Of a stretch of DNA of 64,000 nucleotides, positions 1 to 12,435 are shown piece by piece. Below the pieces are notes generated by a model that did no database searches, was not told the origin of the DNA, and saw only the letters and a program-made list of their open reading frames with translations. A program made the translations under genes and the position numbers. Numbering within the stretch: the first letter of the stretch is position 1; each line of letters starts with the position of its first letter. Source of the DNA: the human T2T-CHM13v2.0 reference genome, Homo sapiens; assembly GCF_009914755.1 (NCBI RefSeq), contig NC_060935.1, one strand, 5' to 3'.

Positions 1-860
1 GACTTCTGATGGGAATGCTGAGAATGGATGAGGGGAAGGCCCAGACTTCCTCCCCACACAGACACTGCTTATTGGAAGGATGCTGGCGCAAACCACACTG
101 CTGGCTGTCCCACGCTTCCCCTCAGCTCAATTAAGGCAGTAATCGGTATTTCTTAATTGCTGCTCCTGCTCTGTCTCCTGCCCCTCCTCCTGACTTTGTC
201 CACTGCAGTGTAGTACCAGTAGTACCGGGAGACCAGTCTGTCCTTTGGGGCTGGCCAGGGAAGAAAAGAGAATTGTCTTGAGGAGGCTTAAAGGCCTCAA
301 TGCCTGATAAAGAAAAGGCTTGCAGAAATAGTTCTGTAGCCAGAACACTACCTGACTGAGCTCAGACCCAAATTTAAGGCTCCCCTCTAGCCCCCAGGTG
401 ACACACGGTCTAGCTCGCACGTTGATCGCTACCTGGCATACCTTTTCTGTTTCTAGTTTCCCAAAGTCTGATTCTCATTTGATAGGTATATTATTTCATT
501 ATAGGTGTCACTGTCTGTGGTAAATCTTCTCAGGTCTTTGTGGAATGAGATTAGGTACAAATATGAAAAACAAAATTGCAATTCTTTGAGTTGAAATAAA
601 AACCAAAGCTTAATGATATGATGGTGAGAAACTGGTGTGAGTGTGTGTGTGTAGCACAATTTAAAAGGGGATTTATTTGATGTTTACAGATCCCACATGG
701 ATGACCTCCTTTGAGGAAATACTAAGACTGCTTGCTGTAAGAGCAACTCCGGAAGTTTAATGGTTAATTTTAGTTGAGAAGCTCAGGGAGCCTGAAGTAG
801 CCTGGGGGACTATCTGGAGCTCTCAGACTAATATTTTCTAACATAATGTGTTTCTTGGTT

Positions 861-963
861 CTTCCTTCCTTCCTCTTTTTATTCCCTTTCTCCTTCCCTC
901 TCTCCTTTCCTTTCTTTCTTCTTTCCTTCCATTCATCCCTTCCTCTTTTTCTCACTTACTTCC
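861..963. repeat. CT-rich low-complexity tract
   Basis: Nearly pure pyrimidine (cttc/cttt) run. Confidence 0.85.
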
Positions 964-1800
964 TTATACATTTATAGAGAATTCAAGTTTAAGGTTCTGT
1001 ATTATAGATGATAACACAAAGATGAATCAGATACGAGTATGAGTCTTCACTGGAAACTTTCTCAGTGCTATGTTCTAGAGATCAGATATATTCACACATA
1101 CAAATACAGAGGGCAGAGAGTGGTATGTGTCTTTAAACAGACACAGTCAAAGCCCTAGGGCAATTTTTTATTCCTTTCTCTGCCCTCATCTTGGCTATTC
1201 CCACATCTCCCACTCTGTCCAATGACCTGGCCTATATTCAGGTACTTAATACAACTTGAAGCCTGATCCTCTTGGATGGGTTGACATTAGTGGACCCAGA
1301 AACTCTTTGTCTTAAAGCAAATACCTATTTGAAGTCCCTGAGGCCAATGATCTGCTTAACTCACCTCTGTAACAGCCCTTAGAAAAGATCCAGTTGACAC
1401 AGATACTCTTAATTGGTGATTAAATTGGCTGTGCTGGCCTGTCTGTGAGGTGCCGATAAAGCGTAGAGCTGTATAATATCAAGTCCAGACCAAAACAGTG
1501 GACTCTAGACCAAATCATGCTGTCTCCCAACTTGACTTTAAAATCTATCTCTATCATTAACAGCTTGTTCATTTTCTTGGGCAAATTCATTAACTCTTTC
1601 TAAACCCAGCTGAGCATTTAAGTGGCAGGAAACATGCTGGCCACATCCTGGAAATTCAGTCAGGCCACTTGCCCCTCAAAGGACCACCTGGGCAGCGTAG
1701 AAAGCACTCAGTGGCTCTATGCAGCTTCTGGATAATGAGTTAAGAGGTGGTAACAACGCTAGAAAGTGGAACAATTCTAAGCCCCATTCAACCATTTGGA

Positions 1801-2026
1801 CCATGCTCTCCAATATAAAAATTTAATGTGACCCACAAATGCAAGCCACTATATGAGTTAAAATTATTTAGAAATGTACTTATTTTTAAAAGCAAACAGG
1901 AACAGTTTATCAAAACTAATTAGTTTGATAATTAGTATTATGAAAACTAATTTTGATAGTATATTTTATTTAATTTACTGTAACCAAATATTATCATTTG
2001 AACATGTAATCAGTGTAAAAGATTTG

Positions 2027-2062
<36 letters not shown>

Positions 2063-2192
2063 GTGTGTATACTTAAACTAGGTCTTCAAAATTTGGCACA
2101 TATTTTAATAATTTACAAACTAGCCACACTTCAAGTACTTAATAGCCACACATGCACACATGGTTAGTGGTCACCACATAAGACAGAACAGA
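1801..2192 (-). mobile_element. MER33-like hAT-Charlie DNA transposon relic, interrupted by (TG)n
   Basis: Ends in tagccacacttcaagtacttaatagccaca...tggttagtggtcaccacataagacag, matching the MER33 reverse strand; homologous to the copy at 28035. Confidence 0.8.
2028..2068. repeat. (TG)n microsatellite, about 20 units with one CG interruption
   Basis: Direct reading. Confidence 0.97.
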
Positions 2193-2279
2193 TGTGGAGA
2201 GTTGGGAGAAACTTGTTACCTCCAGAGCCTTTTGGCAAGAAATATCAGCATTAATTTTTATCCCTGGATAATACATATA

Positions 2280-2482
2280 CGCATCATTTTGCTTTACAAA
2301 ATATGGTTTATCTATGTAACAAATCAGGAAGTATGTACTTTATCCCAGTTTTATAGGTGAGAGAACCGAGGCTAGGAGAAAGGAAATATTTTGCCTTACA
2401 AATTACTATAGCAGGTAGTAATGGAGCTGAGAGTTCACTTTTTCAGTTCTGTTTGACTCCAAATCCATATTCTTCCATACTA
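2280..2482 (-). mobile_element. MIR SINE fragment
   Basis: MIR core variant cccagttttataggtgagagaaccgaggct...tgactccaaa. Confidence 0.7.
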
Positions 2483-2708
2483 TTTCTCAAGGCCCTATAA
2501 ACTCCACAATAGAAATGCTTGGGGTCAAGGATATCTGAGGCATGTTTTGTACAATGGTCCAATCTTGAAGATTCATAGCATGAATTAGCATGTTAAAGGC
2601 CTGAGAAGTCCTGTAGTTAAACATGCAACATGGGCCTATTTTTCATACAATGTCTATTAACATCCTAAGAAACAAGTGTTTCATGTAACTGGCGTTGGGA
2701 AATGCAGT
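2483..2708. mobile_element. hAT-Charlie relic (Charlie4-like)
   Basis: ttagcatgttaaaggcctgagaagtcctgtagttaaa...ttgggaaatgcag resembles old Charlie-family sequence. Confidence 0.5.
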
Positions 2709-3212
2709 GTACCAGTGGAATTCTGTTTTTTGAAACAAGGCGTCCAGCTACATAAGAGGTCATAATGCAAGTAATGACAAGATTTTTGAATGTCAGCCTC
2801 AGGCATTCAAAAGAGGGACTGTCTAGTGACTTCAGTTTAGCAATAATATTGTTCTTATTTGGCCCTTTTAGCTTCAGATTAAAATCACTGAGTGTGACCC
2901 GAAAGGTTCATCTCAGCAGCCAGAATCCACACAATACAAGAGCTCAAATAACCAACTCTTTCTCCATCTCACACAACGGTAATTTATGTTCATAATGTTA
3001 ATTGGGGCTCTCTAAGACCTTAGGATGGCTTCTCAACCAAAACAGAAAGATTCAGATTCGTACAGTGTAGCTTTAGCATAAAGTAAATGTGAGATTACAT
3101 TTACGTTTTTTGAAAATCACTGCTTTGTATATGAGAAAATTGGTGCTTATATTCATTGAGTATTTATACGTACAAACATGGTTCAAAAACCACAACTTCT
3201 TAGTGGAGCTAG

Positions 3213-3368
3213 GGGCTATTATCATTGCCATCATCATTTTAAGATGAGGAAACTGAGGCACAATGAGGTTAAGTAATGTGTCAGAAGTCACTCAGCTGGA
3301 ATGCAGCAAAACTGTGCTTTGAACCAGAGAGTCCAGCACCAAGCCCACATGTTTACTAACATCACCAC
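3213..3368 (-). mobile_element. MIR SINE fragment
   Basis: cattttaagatgaggaaactgaggcacaatgaggttaagtaa = MIR core. Confidence 0.85.
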
Positions 3369-3406
3369 TAATCCTGAATGGATGAATCCTCTAGAACAGT
3401 CCATTT

Positions 3407-4498
3407 AAATTTTTTTTATTTCAATAACTTTTGGGGTACAAGCAGTTTCTTGTTACATGGATGAATTATATAGTGGTGAATTCTGAGATTTTAGTGCATC
3501 TGTCACCCGAGCAGCGTACATTGTACTTAATGTGTAGTTTTTTATGTTTGTTTTTTATCTCTAGCCCCACTTCCACCCTGCCCTTTCTGAGTCTCTAAAG
3601 TCCATTATATCACTCTGTATGCATTTGCACACTCATAGCTTAGCTCCCACTTATAAGTGAGAACATACTGTTTTAGTTTTCCACTTCTGTGTTACTTCAC
3701 ATAGAATAATGGCCTCCAGTTCCATCCAAGTTGCTGTAAAAGATATTATTTTGTTACTTTTAATGGCTGAGTAATATTCCATCATATACATATACCATAT
3801 TTTCTTTATCCACTTATTAGTCAGTGGGTACTTAGGTTGGTTCCACATCTTTGGTATCTCTTTGTGGTTTTAATTTGCATTTCCCTGATGATTAGTGACG
3901 TTGAGCATTTTTCTTTTTTCTTTTTTTTTTTTTTGCCTTTTGTATATCTTCTTTTGAAAATTGTCTATTTATGTCCTTTGCCCACTTTTTAATGGGATTA
4001 TTTGGTTTTTTTCTTGCTGATTTGTTTGTGTTCCTTAAAGATTGTGGATACTAGTCCTTTGTCAGATGCATAGTTTGCAAATATTTTCTCCCATTCTGTG
4101 GGTTGTCTGTTTACTCTGTGGATTATTTCTTTTGCTGTGCAGAAGCTTTTTAGTTTAACTAGGTCCCATTTATTTATTTTTGTTTTTGTTGTATTTGCTT
4201 TTGGGGTCTTAGTAATGAATTCTTTGCCCAGGCTGATGTCTAGAAGAGTTTTTTCAACATTGTCTTCTAGAATTTTTATAGTTTCAGGTCTTTTATGTAA
4301 GTCTTTGATCCATCTTGAGTTGATTTTTATATAAGGTGAGAGATAGGAATCCAGTTTCATTCTTCTACGTGTGGTTTGCCAGTTTTCCCAGCACCATTTA
4401 TTAAATAGGGTGTCCATTCCCCAATTTATGTTTCTGTATGCCTTGTCAAAGATCAGTTGGCTCTATGTAGTTGGCTTTATTTCTGGGTTTTCAGTTCT
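3407..4498 (-). mobile_element. 5'-truncated L1 (L1PB1-like): ORF2 3' end plus 3' UTR, with 15-bp TSD and internal deletion
   Basis: ORF 3998-4417(-) reads [10 protein letters not shown]...[10 protein letters not shown]...WEKIFANY (L1 ORF2p C-terminus). TSD TAGAACAGTCCATTT at 3392-3406 and 4499-4513. Confidence 0.95.
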
Positions 4499-4540
4499 TA
4501 GAACAGTCCATTTTACAACCTAACTGGAAAAATGGGATGA

Positions 4541-4560
4541 GTGTGTGTGTGTGTGTGTGT
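4541..4560. repeat. (GT)10 microsatellite
   Basis: Direct reading. Confidence 0.95.
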
Positions 4561-6062
4561 ATGTGCAGAGAGACAGAGAAAGAGCTGTAACAGAGAACAG
4601 ACAGATTAGAATATATTAGAGATGGGGAGGTGGTAGTGATGGACTTTTGCATTCATATAGTACTTTATAAAGAGACTTCTTATACATTAATATCATTTGA
4701 TCCTCATAATAATTTATTCAAGTTAGGTACTATTACTGCTAACCAAGTGGCCTAGTGGTAGGGGAACACTGGGCATCTCATGTCAACTTACAGCTCTTTC
4801 TACCACTGGATTGCTGCTTTAGGAAATCAGCCACACACTCCCTCCAGTCTCCTCTCCTGCCTTAAATCTTCTAGAAATTCTTTAAAATCACTACTTTGGG
4901 TCCTGTGCACCTAGTATATCGTATGGCCCCTCATTCAAGCTCGGGGTCCAGATACCACCCAGGGTTCATGCCACACATTTCTAAGCCTGCAATGAGATGG
5001 ATCAACACTGCATGGCAAGGAGCCAGTGTTCTTAGTTTCTGAGGCTGGATGGCTGGGAGGCCTCCTCCAGGTGTCTCGGCCCATCTCCCGGCACACAGCT
5101 GCTGTGACAGAGCCTACACACACGTTTCAGCATTAGACTATTAGACTGGGAAACGGCATGAAGGAGAATTTGGCGAATGGAAACACTCTCCTTGTGTCAG
5201 CGCCAGGAGAGAGGGAAGCAAACCCAAGCCCACAGGGAAGCCTGGATAGGAACCTGTCTGGAGGGTGCCCTGGAGAGCCCCTGATCCAGGTAACAGCTGA
5301 AAACGCCAAACCCCTCCTGGTTTTCAGCTGCTCTCAGAGACCCTGAAGGACTGTCTGGGAATTAGTGCATAGAGTGGCATTGGGGGTGAGGTTAGGGTCC
5401 CCCAACCCAGCCTAGTCCCTCTAGGGGAGGCTCACATGGAGCTGTTCTTGGCAGGGACTTGGTGTCATCCTGGCAAACCTTGGGCCCCTCTTTGTTCCCT
5501 GCTTGTTCCCTCCAGATGTAACTAGAAGGGGCCTGTTTGATATTTTTGCTAAACAAATTAATTATAACTTTTGAGTTTCCTCCTACAGGTCAGCACATTA
5601 AAACATGCCTGAGGGCTCTGGAGAATGTCCCAGTGGTCCCAGGCCCTCTGGAAAAACACTCTCTGGAACAGTTGCAGGAGGTGAGACCAAGAACTTGCCT
5701 CTGAAGCCCCTTGGTTGGAGGAGGACACATGGCTCACAAGAATGGATCAGGGAGAGCCCACGGTGAACCCAATTCTGGATTCATTAAAAGCTAATCATGA
5801 TGATGATGATGTTAACAGCTACAGTTTATTGAGTATATTATTTGCCAAGCACTTAACAGTCATTTATTCAATAAAGATCACTTCACATTGTCTTAATTCT
5901 CACAACTAGCCTTTATGATTTAAATATTATTTTGTCCAGATGATAAAACTGACGGGAGAGCACTTACAAAACTTACCCAGTTTCCCTCAGCTGGTTTTTG
6001 TAGTGTAGTTGGTACACTTGGTACACAGATTTTTTTCTAATTCTAAAGCTCATACTCTTGAC

Positions 6063-6628
6063 CATTTATTCATTCATTCATGAAACCAATATTTATTGCT
6101 GTGTGACAAGCAGTCTTCTAGGTACAAGGAATGTAGGATTGAACAGGACAGAGCTTATGTTCTAACAGAGAGACAGACAAAACCCCGTGAACTTGTGAAA
6201 CTATAGTATTCCAGATGCTGACAAGTGTAGGATAAAAACTTAAGCAAGATAGGGAGCATAGGAAATATTGGGATGGAGGGAGGATAAGTTGTCATTTTAT
6301 ATTGGGTTGTAAGGAAGGTTATCCCTCAGAACAGATCTAAGCAGAGACCTAAATTAAGGGAGTGAGCCATTTAGGTGAGGAGAGTTGCAGTGAGGGAGAA
6401 TTAGAGGAAAGTCCCTGAGATGGGAACATGCTTGGCACTGGAGAAAAAGCAAAGAAAACAATGTGGCTAGAGTGAGGTGAAAATAGAAGAAAATGGGGTC
6501 AGAGAAGAAGAGGGGCCAAGATCAAGTAGGGATGGTCTTGTAAGCCATTGTGCAGGATGAGTGAGAAGTCAAAGGTGGATTTTTATCAGAGGAATGACTT
6601 GAGCTGACTTACATTCTAAAAGCTGCTT
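6063..6628 (-). mobile_element. L2 (L2a-like) 3' part; resumes at about 7940-8195
   Basis: Starts with the L2 tail cattcattca...tatttattg, followed by typical L2 reverse-strand sequence (gtccctgagatgggaacatgcttgg). Confidence 0.8.
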
Positions 6629-7018
6629 TGTATGTGTTAGTGTATAAACATATGATTCCCAGTTCTCTCCACTGATGGGGCTTAGGTGCAATCACACCCT
6701 CTTTCTAACAAGCATATCTAGCACCATCTTGCCTTGGATGATTTGGACTGCGGGACCGTATTTCAATTAAGAAACAAAGGCTTTTTAGAAAAGTTTTTTC
6801 CAGGGCTGGGGCAGGACAAATATAAGATGAACATACAATATCTTATGGTGCCAGAAACAAAGGAAGTGTCCCCAAATGTCCCCCAGAAAGATGGGAACAT
6901 GTTGCAAAAAGATAGAAGTCAACCTGAAGATCAATCTAGGAAAATTTAAGGTGTGAAATAAATAAATTTGATTAAATCCATAGAATAAGATAAGTATAGT
7001 GATATAAATATACAATTG

Positions 7019-7046
7019 AATAAATAAATAAATAAATAAATAAATA
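7019..7046. repeat. (AAAT)n tetranucleotide repeat
   Basis: Direct reading, about 7 units. Confidence 0.9.
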
Positions 7047-7386
7047 GGGGAGGAAGTATAGTTCTTCCTTACAGAAGAATCTAAATTAGTAATGTAGAAT
7101 GAATAAAAAAAAATCACATTTAGAACATTGCAGTAGTAATTGCTGCAGGTAAGATCCACCAATGAATACTAAATTTGGAAGGTAAAAATTTGAACAGAAT
7201 AGAATATTACCTCATTTTCAAAGAAGTCCTTCCAAAACATGAACCAGTTACAAAGGAACAAAACTGTAATGTTATAGTGAAGAAACCTGGTAAGTGCCAC
7301 TTTAAATCAAGTGATCAAGGCCAACATCACCAATAAGACAACATTACGTATCATGTGGATAAGGCACTGAAAGAAGCACTACCTCA

Positions 7387-7584
<198 letters not shown>

Positions 7585-7939
7585 TCATCAAAAGATTATT
7601 AAAGGCAAGAAAAAAACAGAAATTTTCAAAGACTGGAGGATGAAAGAGTGACAATTTAACGCAACATAGGATCCCAGATTGCATCTAGGACCAGAAACAA
7701 ACACACTCAATATGGAGGAAATTGTGAATTTTGAAATAGAACTCCAGTTAATAGTATTGTATGCATATTTGTTAGTGTCTTGGTTTTGATCATTGCACTA
7801 TCATGTAATTTGTGGGAAAGCTGGGTGAAGGGTATATGTGAGCTCTCTGTAAAGTCTTTTTGGAATTTTTCTAAAAGTCAGTATTCCAAAATAAAAAGTT
7901 AAACATGTAAATGATAAAAAACTAAAAACAACTTCGACT

Positions 7940-8195
7940 AAAGATTGCTGTATTGGGAATAGACTGTATAGGGGCAAGGACAGAAGCCAGAAAACCAGTT
8001 AGGAGGCTATTATGGAAATAATCCAGGTGAGAACGATGGTGGTTTGGACAAGGGCATAGCAGGGGGGAGATGAGAAGTGGTTGGATTCTGGAAATTTGTT
8101 TGTGGTACAGCTGGCAATATTTGCTGATAGAATAATTTTAGGAGGGAAAAAATGGAATTAAGAGTGACTTCAAGGTGTTTGACCTAAGCAACTAT
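7940..8195 (-). mobile_element. L2 continuation
   Basis: agaaaaccagttaggaggctat...atccaggtgagaacgatggtggtttggac. Confidence 0.8.
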
Positions 8196-8209
8196 ATTTC
8201 CAACAGAAT

Positions 8210-8684
8210 ACATTTTCTAAAGTGCTTCATTTATATTACTTCAAGAATTCTCACAACAATATTATAAGGCATGTACCTTAATCACCTAATTTCAATAATA
8301 ATAAAAACAACTAATGTTTTCTGAGTATTTATATCAGGCACTTTGCATGTACTATCTTGTTTCATCTTCACCTGTGTAGTAGGTGTTGTCATTATTCCTA
8401 TTTAATTTTAATACATGAAAAAATGGAAACACAGAGAAGTTAAATAGTTTTCCCACAGTCACTCAGCTAGTAAGTAATGGAGCTAGGATTGGAAAATACA
8501 GAGTCTGATTCCAGTGCCCACATGCTTAACTGTTGCACTCTACTGCCTAGTTTTATAGTTGACAACATTGAAATTTAGGAGGTTGAATAACCTGCCATGA
8601 TTCACATAGATCTAATTGGGCAAAGCCAGAATTGGACCCCATCTCTGATTCCAAAGCCCAAGCTCCTCACCTAATGCTGTGCTG
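8210..8684 (-). mobile_element. MIR containing a nested near-full-length MIR (8294-8548)
   Basis: The outer MIR is split at its core. The inner copy runs from tail (aataataat...ctgagtattt) to head (tactgcct). Confidence 0.7.
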
Positions 8685-9349
8685 TTGGATCACATATGTG
8701 TGAATATGGATGGTGTCAGATACGAACTCCCTTGACATGGCCTGCAAAGGACTGGCTGGGGGCCAGAAACCACTAAGGGTGAATCTGCTGACCACAGGCA
8801 CCACTTCTAGGCCAGGGATTCAGGCGGCTTCCTTGTCCCTGTTCTCATGTTGGCCAGGTCTGTTCCATGCCCCTGAGTGATGAGGAGGAGACGTCATTCC
8901 CAGGCCCAGGGCAGCACTGCAGCTCCATATGCTGGAGCCACATGTGTCCAGGCATCCTGCTATGCTCATCAGCCTCTCTGATTGGAAGCCAGTTGGAAAG
9001 GACAGATAAATTCATGTCCTCATGTTCACAGGCCAAAAGGTCGCTGCTTTACCTTTCTACTCTACAAAAGATACTCCTTACTCACCCTTGACCCCAAAGC
9101 ACAGAGAAATGTTCTCAGTCTCCGAAAAACAGAAATCAAGTCTTCTCATAAGAAAAGAATATGCCAAAATAATTAACCTTGAGGGTCCCGGGTAATAATT
9201 AACCCTAGATTTTAAGAGGATGGGTGCTTTTTTTTTCTGTTTCTTTTTTTTCTGTCTTTTCCAATTTTCATAATGATTATCTAAATTTGATAACTACTTA
9301 AATTACTGTTAATAATTATTGATAATTTGACAATCATTTAAAAGAAAAG

Positions 9350-9560
9350 TCTAAGTGTGGACTCTGAAGTAAGATTCCCTACATTTGAATACTACATCCA
9401 CAACTTACTAGCTATGTGATTGTGAGCAAACTATTTAAGTCATGATTTCCTCATCTGTCAAAAGGAGTTAATATGAGATCCAACTTTGTCAAGTTTTTAC
9501 AAGAATTAAATGAGATAATACATGCAAATAATTTAGCAGTAACTTCTGGCTATTTTATTA
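9350..9560 (+). mobile_element. MIR SINE
   Basis: acttactagctatgtga...ttcctcatctgtcaaaagg...attaaatgagataat. Confidence 0.8.
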
Positions 9561-10559
9561 TGATGATGATTCTTAACATTTCAATTATACTGAATTTTTT
9601 TTACTCCATACCATCCCCAGTTTCTTGCCCCCACCTGGGTGCTAAATTCACCTTGTTGGCTACAAAAGGTTTGCTGGGGGAAATGGGGAGCCCCTTCAGT
9701 AGATGGGTCTAAGTGTTGACAAAAGGGAGATTTCTCCAGAAAAATAAGTCATTTTATCATTATGGTTCTTAGCAAAGCAGTCAAACAAAGGCTGGTGTTT
9801 TTCACTGTTTCCATTCTCCAGGGAACACATCCTCAGTGTCTCCAGTAAATTGGACTTTCAAAGGTAAATGTAAATTCTAGTGTTAATTTATTTAAAGTAA
9901 ATTATTCAGAGAGTCATATGTCAGCAAACCTCATTTTGTGGCACTATATTAATGTCTTCCTTAAATATGGCTCGCCTTTTCTAAAAGCTGTTTTATGGGT
10001 CCAGGAAATCTGTCTGTTGCAAAGAAGTGCTTATTGTAAAGGATGTTTTAGTCCTCAGGTTCAATTAGGGAGAGAGCCAGGGTCAATGGGAGCCCTATGT
10101 GTGAACAGCATTAATAGCTGAGATGTAGTAGGAAAATGGGATGCCCACTAAAGCACATGCATTTTTATCTGGCAGGAAGGAACATGAAGAAAGATAAATG
10201 AAGGGTTTTATTCAAATTTCACTAGCCTTTAGGGAGCCTGGTGACAGCAGCTGACCAATCCACTGTAGCAGAAAAAAGACAGGTTTGCAGGGGAAGCTCC
10301 TGGGTCCTAGCGTCTTCCCTGGAAAAATCAAACTCTGGTTTCCTTCTCTCTATCTACACCGGGGAGAAGGATGTCTTCTCTATTTCCACCACCAAATAAA
10401 ATAGCTATAAAATGCTTTGAAAGATTCAAAAAACCATAGAAATAGAAAGCATTATATCATTATATTTATGATTATTAACAACTGTTATTATTTTCAGATC
10501 TCAGGTACATAGGATTGAATTTCTTTTACTTCTCCATTCTTTACATGTTATCATCACTA

Positions 10560-11294
10560 GACTGTGCAAGGTCCTTTCTCTTATTTAATTTACTTCTTTA
10601 TTCTTTTTGGTTCCCTTTCTTTACCTCTATTCCCTGCCAACACTACCTGCTTCTATTAATCACTGTAATGTGTTTAATATATTCTTTAAAAAATATACAC
10701 ATGCTCACACACACAAGTGTTTTACATGCACAGAAGTGTAACTTACATATGAATAGTATTGTTTCTTTTAGCATACATCTCTATATTTTTAAGAATCATC
10801 TGTGCACTACTCATATATCTAGTTCATCTCTTAGAACTGCTGCACAGTATCTCAGGATATGAATTCGCCACCTTTACCACTTAATTCTCTGAGTGAAGGA
10901 TTTGTATGCTGTCTCCAGCTCCCTGCCACTACAAATAACAGCAATGACTACTCTTAGGCACTACTCTTTATGTTCACATTTGAGAATCTATTTGGAACAT
11001 ATACCCAGGAATAGAATTGGGCAAAGGACATGAACAGGCAATTTCTGGAAAAGAAAACCCAAAATATCCGTATTTGAAGTTTTGCTCACATATATTAGTA
11101 ATTTTAAAAAATGAATTAAAACAAATGAGTTGTCGCATCACCCATTTTATACTGGTGGTAATTAGAAAGCTGGAAAGTGCCAAGTATAAATGAAGATGAG
11201 GGATGTAGGACCATCCACTGCTGATGGGGAGTGGTGGTAGCACAGTGCTTCAGGAGAGCTATCTGACAGTATTTAGCCAAATTTTGCATGCATA
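10560..11294 (-). mobile_element. Old L1 (L1ME-type) with 5' inversion; junction near 11018
   Basis: 10560-11019 is L1 antisense (atacccaggaatagaattg). 11019-11294 is L1 sense (gggcaaaggacatgaacaggcaattt...). Confidence 0.75.
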
Positions 11295-11377
11295 GTTTTT
11301 CATATATATTATTATTAATGATTTTTCTAATTAAAAATAATTCTTAAATATCATTTCTCATTAAGAAATAATTTTTT

Positions 11378-11865
<488 letters not shown>

Positions 11866-12269
11866 GAGAAATAACACCTACTAACCCACCTCTGCTTATC
11901 TATACTGGGTGTTAGAGCTACAACAATGAACCATGTAGAAATGATCCTTGCTGTCACAGAACTTAAGATACAGCTGGAAATACTTGATCATCTCTGTACC
12001 TCCAGGACCTAGGGAATGGCTGGCTCACTCTAGGAGTTCAGCAAATGTCTGCTGAATAAATGAATGAGGTGTAGCAGATATTAATCACACTATTGCTTTC
12101 CACTCTTACCATAAGTGGATCAACTCTCAGCCCCTAAGAGAGTCCCTCAGACAAAGCTAGGATTTTGCATCTTAGACTCCAGGGCAAGCCTTAGATCCCC
12201 TGTAAAAGTTATGTGTAATTAACATTAATTATATTCTATGTCTAAGTTCCTATATGCTAACATGCACTC

Positions 12270-12435
12270 AGTAATATAGGCAGTAATATTATTCTCATTT
12301 TACAGATGGAGGAAACTGAAGCTCAGAGCAATGATGGAACTTGCCTAAGATCACGCAGCTTTTGAAATGCAGGCTAGACTCCACCACAGATTGTTTTTGC
12401 TCCACAGCCCATGTCCTCTTCACCACATCACTATG
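12270..12435 (-). mobile_element. MIR SINE
   Basis: ctcattttacagatggaggaaactgaagctcagag...cttgcctaagatcacgcagct. Confidence 0.85.

Noticed and set aside
3998-4417. 139-aa ORF with real protein similarity
   Set aside because: L1 ORF2p fragment in a truncated, deleted L1PB; not a host gene.
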